Below are positions 55,861 to 64,000 of a stretch of DNA of 64,000 nucleotides, piece after piece (the first letter of the stretch is position 1; each line of letters opens with the position of its first letter). The translations under genes were made by a program, and so were the position numbers. Source of the DNA: Deltaproteobacteria bacterium (lineage in GTDB: Bacteria > Bdellovibrionota_B > Oligoflexia > Oligoflexales > Bog-1112). Below the pieces are notes generated by a model. That model saw nothing but the letters and a program-made list of their open reading frames with translations, made no database searches and was not told the origin of the DNA. The DNA lies in NCBI GenBank assembly GCA_947466225.1, contig CANIBL010000004.1, positions 2,408 through 66,407 of the forward strand, read 5' to 3'.

Positions 55861-57456
55861 TCAGCTTAGCCGAAGTAACGTCTGCAGTACAGCCTGTCCT
55901 ACACGAACTCCATCGAGAGCGGCGCTGACGATACCACCGGCAAAACCAGCCCCTTCTCCACAGGGGAAAATTCCCGGATGGCTCACAGATTGGAGGTCGC
56001 CACCACGCATCATCACGATAGGCGCCGAGGTCTTGGTTTCAACGCCTACGACGAGGGCTTCGTCGGTGAGAAAGCCTCGCATTTTTTGGTTGTACTGAGA
56101 GAGAGCCGCTCGCAAACTTTCCACAATAAACCCAGGTAAAATTTGATCCAATCGACCGGGTTCGATGCCCGGTTTATAGGTAGATCGCATATCTCCTTTG
56201 CTTAATTTTCCTTTGAGAAAATCTGTTAACCGTTGTGCGGGAGCGCGATAAGAACCGCCCCCAGCAGCAAAGGCTTTTTGTTCGATGGCTTGTTGAAAGC
56301 GCATACCATCTAGCGGATGTCCTTGGTAGAAGTCTTCTCGCAGCACATTCACCACCACAGCCGCATTGGCAAACCCGCTATTTCGATTGTGGTAGCTCAT
56401 GCCGTTGATGGCAAGGTGACCTTCTTGAGCGCCAGTGGGCAAGAGGTAGCCTCCCGGACACATGCAAAAAGTCCAAATCCCACGATTGCCCACATGAGCC
56501 GCGAGCTTGTACTCGGCTGCGGGTAGGATGTCACAGCTGCCGTACTGGATGTCGTTGATGAGGGATTGCGGATGTTCGAAACGAGCCCCCATGGCAAAAG
56601 GCTTAGGGGTAATCGCAAGTCCTTTTTGTAAGAGCTGTTCATAGGTATCTCGTGCAGAATGTCCAACAGCCAGGATCAAGTGATCGGTGGGAATCCATTG
56701 TCCATCCGACAGTTGTACTTCATAGCGCGCTTGTGTGCCACCGGATCTAAAATCTTGAAAAATTCGTTCGAAGAGAAATTTGGTTCCCACCTGGGTTTCC
56801 AACTTGCTCCTCATGCGCACTGCGATCTGCATAAGATAGTCGGTGCCGATGTGAGGATGCGCTTCATAGAGGATAGAATCCGGGGCGCCATAGGCCACGA
56901 GTTGTTGAAAAACAAACCGGATCAAAGGGTGATTGCGACCACAAGTGAGCTTACCGTCAGAGAACGTACCGGCACCCCCTTCTCCAAAGCAGTAGTTGCT
57001 TTCTGCAGAGAAAGTCCCTCGTCGACGCAGTTGGTTCATACGACGAAAACGGGCTTGCACGGGCTCTCCGCGTTCCACTACGATGCACCCGATTCCAGCT
57101 TCAGCCAAGGTAAGAGCAGTAAAAATCCCACTGGGACCGGAACCAATGATGATGGGAGGATGTCGCAAGCGACTGGGGTCGATGGCAATGTTTTCTACTG
57201 GGTTGCCTGTGGGTGCTTCGGTCCACTCTTCCAACTCCGGACAGGTGCGCAACAAGGCTGCCTCATCGGAGCAGGTAAAGCTGATTTGGTATCGGTAAAA
57301 AGGGCGTCCTTTTTTCCGGGCGTCTAGAGATTTTTTGTGGATGGTAACATCTTGAATTGCCTCAGGTTCAATGCCCAAATGGCGTGCCAACGCCTCTGGT
57401 AATGGTTCTCCAGCCGCTGAGGCAGGACGCGAAAAGTCTCGAATGCGTAGTGTCAT
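55861..57456 (-). CDS. FAD-dependent oxidoreductase (COG2509-type)
   Basis: IIGSGPSG, FGEGGAGTFSDGKL, FCMCPGG, GEGAGFAGGIVSAA. Confidence 0.9.
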   Translation of the reverse strand: MTLRIRDFSRPASAAGEPLPEALARHLGIEPEAIQDVTIHKKSLDARKKGRPFYRYQISFTCSDEAALLRTCPELEEWTEAPTGNPVENIAIDPSRLRHPPIIIGSGPSGIFTALTLAEAGIGCIVVERGEPVQARFRRMNQLRRRGTFSAESNYCFGEGGAGTFSDGKLTCGRNHPLIRFVFQQLVAYGAPDSILYEAHPHIGTDYLMQIAVRMRSKLETQVGTKFLFERIFQDFRSGGTQARYEVQLSDGQWIPTDHLILAVGHSARDTYEQLLQKGLAITPKPFAMGARFEHPQSLINDIQYGSCDILPAAEYKLAAHVGNRGIWTFCMCPGGYLLPTGAQEGHLAINGMSYHNRNSGFANAAVVVNVLREDFYQGHPLDGMRFQQAIEQKAFAAGGGSYRAPAQRLTDFLKGKLSKGDMRSTYKPGIEPGRLDQILPGFIVESLRAALSQYNQKMRGFLTDEALVVGVETKTSAPIVMMRGGDLQSVSHPGIFPCGEGAGFAGGIVSAALDGVRVGQAVLQTLLRLS

Positions 57457-57566
57457 GGTATCTCATCATACAAAGGGAAAAGAGGATCCCCCTTCTTACC
57501 TGGCAGGGGATGGAATCTCAACGGTTTTCCGTAACTATCTAATAAAAAAGATGAAGATGGGGTGAC

Positions 57567-57595
57567 TTGACAAAGTCTTACGTACCAAGCATTCT
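57567..57595 (+). promoter_or_regulatory. Putative sigma70 promoter for the bZIP gene
   Basis: TTGACA-17 nt-CATTCT, 44 nt before ATG 57639. Confidence 0.45.
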
Positions 57596-57638
57596 CTAGC
57601 TGTATTACCACTTATGTAGCGAAAAAAGAGAATCAAAC

Positions 57639-58232
57639 ATGAAGAAATTGGCATTTTTTGTATTTTGTTTTGCGCATGTTCCGGCGTTATTTTGTGATGA
57701 ATGGTGGGTTCATCATATAGAATCAGATGGTCTGGGGATTACAGAGGCTGAGATAGAAAATATACTTTCTTTAGAGGACAATGCGGCCTTTCCTTTTGAG
57801 GCGGAATTTGAAGCCATGATAAGGGAAGGTCACCAGCGAGACAGCGGTTTCTCCTCACCTCCTGAATCTGAGAAAGGGCTGCAAGTTGTCACAGAGTCAT
57901 ATAAACAGAATACACCACGGAAAGCGACGCGGAGTCGTCGTGCATCGAAGCGATTTACACCTGTCGCCTTGAGTACCATTGCCGAGTCACGCGATGAGGC
58001 AGATGTTCCGCTTACGAAAATTACGAAAAATGAAAAAAATCGAGTGGCAGCAAAGCGACATCGGGACATAAAAAGAGCCAAAAAGAAAGAAGCTGAAAAT
58101 CACCTTACAGCACTTCATGCACGAAATGTAGAGCTAAAAGCCTTTCTAGCAGTACAAATGCGAGCGGTAGAAGAAATAAAAAAACAGGTGCGGCAGTTGA
58201 TCGAACTTCAGCAAACTGAAGACCCGATATAA
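57639..58232 (+). CDS. Signal-peptide-bearing bZIP-domain protein
   Basis: MKKLAFFVFCFAHVPALFC; acidic region; DSGFSS; basic region KNRVAAKRHR followed by heptads including LHARNVELK. Confidence 0.75.
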   Translation: MKKLAFFVFCFAHVPALFCDEWWVHHIESDGLGITEAEIENILSLEDNAAFPFEAEFEAMIREGHQRDSGFSSPPESEKGLQVVTESYKQNTPRKATRSRRASKRFTPVALSTIAESRDEADVPLTKITKNEKNRVAAKRHRDIKRAKKKEAENHLTALHARNVELKAFLAVQMRAVEEIKKQVRQLIELQQTEDPI

Positions 58233-58234
58233 AT

Positions 58235-61200
58235 CTACAAGGACCTTCGGTACTCACCCCCCACTTCAAAAAGAGTCTCGGTAATTTCTCCCAATGAGCA
58301 ATGCCGCACTGTATATAATAACTCTTCAAAAATATTGTGATTTTGAATCACCGCTAGTCGAAGACGTTGTAAGGCGTTGTCTCGCTCCCCCTCGTGTCTC
58401 TTTTTAAATGCGATCAAGTTCTGTCGCTGTTCTTCTTTCTCTGCATACGAACTGCGAATCAAGCTGGTGGTCTGTCGTAGAGCGCCACTTTGTCCTTGAG
58501 CTGGATCTAAATACGTATTGACGCCGATGAGGGGCAATGCACCTGAGTGCTTTAGCTCCTCGTAGTACAAGCTTTCCTCCTGAATTTTATTGCGTTGGTA
58601 CTGGGTTTCCATGGCACCAAGGACGCCACCTCGAGTGGAAATTTTTTCAAATTCTTGCAGTACCGCTTCTTCCACAAATTCGGTTAGATGCTCGATAAAG
58701 AAGGAGCCTTGGTTTACATTTTCGCATTGATTGAGACCAAACTCTCGATTGATGATGAGTTGGATCGCCATGGCCCGTCGCACACTCTCTTCGGTGGGTG
58801 TCGTAAGCGCTTCGTCATAGGCGTTGGTGTGCAAGGAGTTGCAGTTGTCATACAGTGCCATAAGGGCCTGTAACGTAGTGCGAATGTCGTTGAATGCCAT
58901 CTCTTGGGCATGAAGTGACCGCCCGGAGGTTTGAATGTGGTACTTCAGTTTCTGGGAACGCTCTTGGCCCTTATACAGATCCCGCATAGCGATGGCCCAA
59001 ATGCGACGGGCGACGCGGCCCAATACGGCATATTCTGCATCGATTCCATTGGAAAAAAAGAAAGCCAAATTGGGTGCAAATGCGTCGATGGGCAACCCGC
59101 GTGCAAGGTAATACTCCACATAAGTGAACCCATTTGCCAAGGTGAAAGCCAACTGGGTAATGGGATTGGCACCAGCTTCGGCAATGTGATACCCGGAAAT
59201 CGACACGGAGTAATAATTGCGAATCTTGTGATCCACAAAATAGGCTTGCATGTCCCCCATCATTTTAAGCGCAAATTCAGTGGAAAAAATACACGTGTTC
59301 TGTGCCTGGTCTTCTTTTAGGATATCGGCTTGTACGGTGCCCCGTACCACTTGTACCGTTTTTTCTTTGATTTCGGAAAACTCTTCTTGCGTAGGAACTC
59401 GATTCTCTGCAGATACGAACGCATCCACTTGTTGATCGATGGCAACTGAAAAAAACATAGCCAGCAAAATCGGGGCCGGTCCGTTGATGGTCATACTCAC
59501 GCTGGTTTTAGGGTCACATAAGTCAAACCCTTGATATAAGCGCTTCATATCGTCCAAATGGGCGATAGATACCCCGGCTTCGCCTACTTTACCGAAAATA
59601 TCCGGCCGCTGGTGCGGCTCCGCTCCATAGAGGGTCACGCTATCAAAGGCTGTACTCAGGCGTTTGGCTGCCTCATCTTGGCATAAAAAATGAAACCGTT
59701 TGTTGGTGCGAGCGGGGCCGCCTTCTCCTGCAAATTGCCGTTTTGGGTCTTCTTCGTTACGGCGAAAGGGAAAAATCCCCGCTGCAAAAGGAAAGGAGCC
59801 GGCCAGATTTTCTGTCAATAGAAAGCGAGCGATTTCACTTTTTCGTTGATAGGTAGGTGGCATCACCTTGGGAAAAGTCGATTTAGAGAGGGTTTCAAAG
59901 GTACTGGGTACGCGAATTTCTTTGCCTCGTACCCAGAAGGGAAATGTAGATTCGAAGTAAGTAGCTTTGAGAGTAGCCCAGTTTTCGAGAGTTGTAAGAA
60001 GCATTGGGTCAATCTGGGCGTGCAACGATTCGATCTTTGTGTCGAGTTCGGTGCATAGATCCTCTTCTTTTAGTAAGCCGCGCGCTTCTTGTAAACTCTC
60101 CAGTTGAGAAATCAAGGTAACTTGTTCGAGGCTTTTTTTCTTATAGCTTCGTACTGCATCTGTAATTTGAGAGAGATAGTGAGCTCGATGATAGGGAATC
60201 AAGGCTTCGCGCTGTGTCGAGGCCGGGGCACTGGCACGAGAGAAAGCCGGAGGTTGTTTCCAAACAGCACCGTAGCGTTGTAAGTGAGCCACCATGGATA
60301 AATAGAGACCATTGGTCCCATCATCGTTGAAACGACTGGCGATAGTACCGAATACAGGGTAGGTAGCTTGGGCTTGTCCGTGGAAGCGACTGCGGCGAAG
60401 GGTGGTTTGCACGGCAAGCAGTGCATCCTCCCCTTGGGGCCGCTCGTACTTGTTCACCGCAATCCAGTCAGCAAAATCCAGCATGTCGATTTTTTCCAAC
60501 TGGGTAGAGGCCCCATATTCGGGGGTCATGACGTAGAGACTGCAATCGGAGAGATCCAAAATGCCCGTGTCTGCTTGGCCGATTCCGCTTGTTTCCAGGA
60601 CGATGAGATCAAAAGGCTGGGTGCGAAGGTAGGCTACCGCAGCAGCGCAGGTACGAGAGATCTCTTTGCCCGATCCCCGACTGGCAAAGCTCCGCAAAAA
60701 GATGCGTTCGTTGCGAGCGGCATTGACGCGCATACGATCGCCGAGGAGGGCGCCACCGGTTTTTTTCTTCGTGGGGTCTACGCAGCAGACGGCAATGCGC
60801 GCGGTTGGGAAGTCTTGGAGAAAGCGCAGGAGAAGTTCGTCTACAAGAGAACTTTTTCCCGCACCGCCAGTACCCGTAATACCTAGAATGGGGGGGGCGG
60901 AAGCTGAGGGCGCAGCATGAGGATCCAATGGTGGTACTGCACCGCTCTCTAGCAAGGTTAGATGCCGGGCCAATTGGGCCTCCGCTGGCACTTCTTGGCT
61001 ATGGGGGGCTGTATAGGCGAAGTCGGATAGAGACAGGATATGCCCGATAATCCCTTGTAGCCCCATTTGCTGACCTTCTTCGGGGGTATAGATCCAGGCG
61101 ATTTTCTCCCGTTCGAGGTATTCTTTTTCTTCTAGAGAGATGACACCTCCGCCGCCGGCAAAGATGCCGATGCGCTCTCCACCGTGAGTATTGAGCAGCT

Positions 61201-61453
61201 TGCGCACATAGGAGAAGTACTCCATGTGTCCCCCTTGGTAACTCGAGAGGGCCACTGCTTGCACATCTTCTTGGATGGCTGCCAGGGCCACTTCCTTCGC
61301 GGTGCGGTTGTGTCCAAGGTGGATCACTTCGGCTCCGCGGGCTTGTAACAGGCGGCGCATAATATTGATACTGGCATCATGGCCATCGAAGAGGGATGTG
61401 GCGGTGAGAATCCGAATTTTATGATGGGGCTGATACTCGCTATAGGATGTCAT
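58235..61453 (-). CDS. icmF: Fused isobutyryl-CoA mutase/MeaI GTPase
   Basis: B12-binding FDGHDASINIMRR, GTGGAGKSS, RQFAGEG, RLSTAFDSVTLYG, HIQTSGRSLH, SLHTNAYDEA. Confidence 0.95.
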   Translation of the reverse strand: MTSYSEYQPHHKIRILTATSLFDGHDASINIMRRLLQARGAEVIHLGHNRTAKEVALAAIQEDVQAVALSSYQGGHMEYFSYVRKLLNTHGGERIGIFAGGGGVISLEEKEYLEREKIAWIYTPEEGQQMGLQGIIGHILSLSDFAYTAPHSQEVPAEAQLARHLTLLESGAVPPLDPHAAPSASAPPILGITGTGGAGKSSLVDELLLRFLQDFPTARIAVCCVDPTKKKTGGALLGDRMRVNAARNERIFLRSFASRGSGKEISRTCAAAVAYLRTQPFDLIVLETSGIGQADTGILDLSDCSLYVMTPEYGASTQLEKIDMLDFADWIAVNKYERPQGEDALLAVQTTLRRSRFHGQAQATYPVFGTIASRFNDDGTNGLYLSMVAHLQRYGAVWKQPPAFSRASAPASTQREALIPYHRAHYLSQITDAVRSYKKKSLEQVTLISQLESLQEARGLLKEEDLCTELDTKIESLHAQIDPMLLTTLENWATLKATYFESTFPFWVRGKEIRVPSTFETLSKSTFPKVMPPTYQRKSEIARFLLTENLAGSFPFAAGIFPFRRNEEDPKRQFAGEGGPARTNKRFHFLCQDEAAKRLSTAFDSVTLYGAEPHQRPDIFGKVGEAGVSIAHLDDMKRLYQGFDLCDPKTSVSMTINGPAPILLAMFFSVAIDQQVDAFVSAENRVPTQEEFSEIKEKTVQVVRGTVQADILKEDQAQNTCIFSTEFALKMMGDMQAYFVDHKIRNYYSVSISGYHIAEAGANPITQLAFTLANGFTYVEYYLARGLPIDAFAPNLAFFFSNGIDAEYAVLGRVARRIWAIAMRDLYKGQERSQKLKYHIQTSGRSLHAQEMAFNDIRTTLQALMALYDNCNSLHTNAYDEALTTPTEESVRRAMAIQLIINREFGLNQCENVNQGSFFIEHLTEFVEEAVLQEFEKISTRGGVLGAMETQYQRNKIQEESLYYEELKHSGALPLIGVNTYLDPAQGQSGALRQTTSLIRSSYAEKEEQRQNLIAFKKRHEGERDNALQRLRLAVIQNHNIFEELLYTVRHCSLGEITETLFEVGGEYRRSL

Positions 61454-61540
61454 GGGCTACCTTTCGAAGAGCGTATATGAAAAGGGAGCTCATTGTACCA
61501 CGGCATCCCCAGTAACCGAAGGGCGCGTATAAAGGCGATT

Positions 61541-62626
61541 CTACTGGGATATTTTGGCTAAAATGACGGAAACATCATCTCGTGTCCCGCACCAATCGTT
61601 GCTTGCATTTGATGGTGCCATTTCTGCTAGGGCCTTTGACACTTCCGACATTTTTGGGTTTTGCTCATATTGAGTTAAGACAAGGCTTCTTATCTGATTA
61701 TTTGTAAGGTGCTCCACATGGAGCCTCGCTTGATCCTGCTCTTCTGCAGACGGGTGTTCTACTTCGTCATCTGAATCTACAGGTTGAGGGCATGGGCGTA
61801 GGACTATATTATATTTTTTTGCAATGCCCTCAAACAATCCATCCGAAGCGGCCAAAAGGAAAACAGGGCCGGCAATATCGGCAATATCCACAACGGCAAT
61901 GGTTGGTTCAGCGTAGGATTGGAAAAGCCTTTCCTCATAGCGTTCCTCAGTAGAATGGTTTGTTGAAGAAGACAGAACAGAGTGAATTACTTCCCGATCC
62001 CCAATGGAGCGGGACATTGCAAGTGAAGCACCAAATCTCCAGCCACCACGATAGTGGAATATAATAGCTGATGAAAATTTACCACTAGGAAAACCCATGG
62101 CTGCATCCAGTCGAGCTTTTTCTACAAGTGAACATGCCGTATGATCACTTGTTTCATAGAGGCTTTGGTTTTCCGGGGTAAAAACCAATATCCGGGAGTC
62201 TCCCGCATGGGCCACTATGATTTTTCGTTGTTTTTTCATGTAATATGCAACCGCAGCAGTAGAACCCTGTTTTGGGTACTTTTCTGATTTTGCATGAAAC
62301 CAAAAGAAAGCCTGTTGTAGAGCTGTCTGTATTTTTGCTTCAGAGGCTGTCTCTCCAGATAGTATTGCTTCAAGCTGTTGCATAAAGCCATTCGCCAGCA
62401 TATCGGATACCTGCTCCCCCCCATGACCATCAAAAACGGCAAATACTGAATCCTCTCCGATGTCGCCCAGTAGGAGCCGATCTTCATTGTGATTTAGTGT
62501 GGGATCTGGTTTTTTGGTATTTATAATTGTATGGGTAGCGGCCTCTATCAGCTTCTCTGCTGTTGCAGCATGGAGCGTTGTAGATAGGTGGAACATAGTT
62601 GAAAGGCACCAAAATATACGCTTCAT
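61541..62626 (-). CDS. PP2C/PPM Ser/Thr phosphatase with signal peptide (eukaryote-like motifs)
   Basis: NEDR, VFDGHGG, GSTA, AHAGDSR, DH...EKAR, LAMSRSIGD, AASDGLF, RDDVSV; N-terminal MKRIFWCLSTMFHLSTTLHA. Confidence 0.88.
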   Translation of the reverse strand: MKRIFWCLSTMFHLSTTLHAATAEKLIEAATHTIINTKKPDPTLNHNEDRLLLGDIGEDSVFAVFDGHGGEQVSDMLANGFMQQLEAILSGETASEAKIQTALQQAFFWFHAKSEKYPKQGSTAAVAYYMKKQRKIIVAHAGDSRILVFTPENQSLYETSDHTACSLVEKARLDAAMGFPSGKFSSAIIFHYRGGWRFGASLAMSRSIGDREVIHSVLSSSTNHSTEERYEERLFQSYAEPTIAVVDIADIAGPVFLLAASDGLFEGIAKKYNIVLRPCPQPVDSDDEVEHPSAEEQDQARLHVEHLTNNQIRSLVLTQYEQNPKMSEVSKALAEMAPSNASNDWCGTRDDVSVILAKISQ

Positions 62627-62683
62627 AACTTCCTCTACTATGGAAACAATATTTTGCCTTGTAGTTCATTTTATTGAGGAAGT

Positions 62684-64000
62684 CTAGAAATGATGCAGAT
62701 GCTTTCGTAGAAAAATTCTTACTGTGGGAAATCGTACATAAGCTGCGGATATAAATACGGCTCCGATGGCAATCGCTTGTGTAGAAAGCAAAAGACCGAC
62801 TCGTATTTTCTCGCGCGGAACCCAGGCAGTAATTTGCGCATCTCCATAGCAATGGAGAGCATATTGCGCCCCCAAACAAACGCAGGTAGTTAGCGCCAGG
62901 CTACCCGCTCTACCCCATGCCTTCGAGGAAAAACGAGCACCTTGCCACCAAGCTCCGAGGGCTAGTACAGCTGCATTAAGCGAGAGTACGATGGCCATAG
63001 TCGCAGCAATCCCTACATGTCCATAGCGTTGGGCTAAGAAATAGTTGCTGCCAAAATTCAAGGCAATGCTACCCACACCGACCCACATGGGGAACGTGGT
63101 CTTTTCGATGACATAGTAAAATGGTGTCAAAACTTTGATGAGGCTGTAACCCAGTAAACTAAAATTGTATGCATAGAGAGCCAAGGCAGTTTGATCTACA
63201 GCATAAGAAGAAAATTTTCCGTAGTGAAAGAGAAGCTCCACAATGAAGCGGCTGTTACATGCGGTAAAACAAAAGCAAGGCAGAATGAACCAGGTAAGGA
63301 GTTCTGTGGAGGATTGCAGTTCTTCCGATAAGCGGGAACGTCGTGTCTCAGGAGTGCCGCCCGTATAAGCACGACTCATACGAGGCAAGCATACGGAGCC
63401 CACGGCTACGGCAAAAATTCCAATGGGTAGTTGCAACACACGGAAGCTAAAGGTGAGCCAAGAGACAGCCCCTTCTTCGAGTTGCGTGGCAAAGTTGGTG
63501 TTGATGAGTACGTTAATTTGTCCCGAGCTGGCAGCCAAAAGCATGGGCCCCATCAAGAGAAAGATTTTTTTAAGATCAGGGGTGAGTTCGAACTTGGGAC
63601 GGGGTAGCTGCAAGGTGCGCCACCGCCTTCGGACGATGGCAAGATGCAACCAAAATTGTCCCAACCCTCCGAGTAAAACACCAACCGAGAGGCCAAAAAT
63701 GCCGCGATGCACGGTCGGAAAGGGGAACCAGTCAGCCGGTAATGCACTGCATCCGGCTGCGAGTAAGGTTGCGCCTGCGATGTAGCCCAGGTTAAGCACC
63801 ATGGGAGAAATCGAGGGCAGAAAAAAGCGCTCTTCTTGGTACAAGGCTCCGGCTAGGATCGCAGTGAGTGCCATGAACCAGATAAAGGGAAAGAGCACGC
63901 GCGTTAGGATGATAGATTGGTCTCGTAGCAGCTGTTTTTCTGGTGTGTGTCCGGCAAATAAGGTCAGCAAATCCACCAGCTCTGGGGCAAACCAAATGCC
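62684..64000 (-). CDS. murJ: Lipid II flippase MurJ (5' end outside window)
   Basis: LFPFI, FFLPSISP, QINVLINTNFA, RVLQLPIGIF, PFYY. Confidence 0.92.
   Translation of the reverse strand, partial: GIWFAPELVDLLTLFAGHTPEKQLLRDQSIILTRVLFPFIWFMALTAILAGALYQEERFFLPSISPMVLNLGYIAGATLLAAGCSALPADWFPFPTVHRGIFGLSVGVLLGGLGQFWLHLAIVRRRWRTLQLPRPKFELTPDLKKIFLLMGPMLLAASSGQINVLINTNFATQLEEGAVSWLTFSFRVLQLPIGIFAVAVGSVCLPRMSRAYTGGTPETRRSRLSEELQSSTELLTWFILPCFCFTACNSRFIVELLFHYGKFSSYAVDQTALALYAYNFSLLGYSLIKVLTPFYYVIEKTTFPMWVGVGSIALNFGSNYFLAQRYGHVGIAATMAIVLSLNAAVLALGAWWQGARFSSKAWGRAGSLALTTCVCLGAQYALHCYGDAQITAWVPREKIRVGLLLSTQAIAIGAVFISAAYVRFPTVRIFLRKHLHHF

Noticed and set aside
61454-61540. Cobalamin riboswitch upstream of icmF
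   Set aside because: The intergenic gap is under 90 bp with no B12-box consensus.

Overview
A 64-kb bacterial chromosomal window (about 60 CDS; no rRNA, tRNA, CRISPR array or transposase seen). It mixes housekeeping genes (epmA, LonB/C-type protease, rlmN, tatD, speD, manC, lpxD, nth, icmF, murJ) with four unusual things. (1) From the left edge to 13.7 kb there is a divergent biosynthetic cluster built around an alpha-oxoamine synthase (SPT/BioF family). It also holds two RPH/PigC-type PEP-utilizing phosphotransferases, a DAG/sphingosine-kinase-family enzyme, a TMK-like kinase, a nucleotidyltransferase, a methyltransferase, two putative iron oxygenases, an extended SDR and a GT4. This is a candidate new phospho/glyco-sphingolipid or alkaloid pathway. 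(2) Several scattered genes encode eukaryote-like proteins with export signals: a bZIP with a DSGxxS degron-like motif, a USP deubiquitinase, a dermatopontin-like protein, a kinase with WNK-like lysine placement, a PP2C, a MidA-like methyltransferase and a GH85. Together they suggest a eukaryote-associated lifestyle. (3) A family of nested-palindrome non-autonomous elements carries the same conserved structured core inside two different types of terminal repeat. One element lies in-frame inside a CDS, and an unrelated REP-like repeat is also translated inside a CDS. (4) A four-way-junction leader precedes an outer-membrane protein/lipoprotein-hydrolase operon, and an unannotated 35-aa very basic protein has its own RBS and terminator. 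All calls come from reading motifs by eye; no database searches were run.
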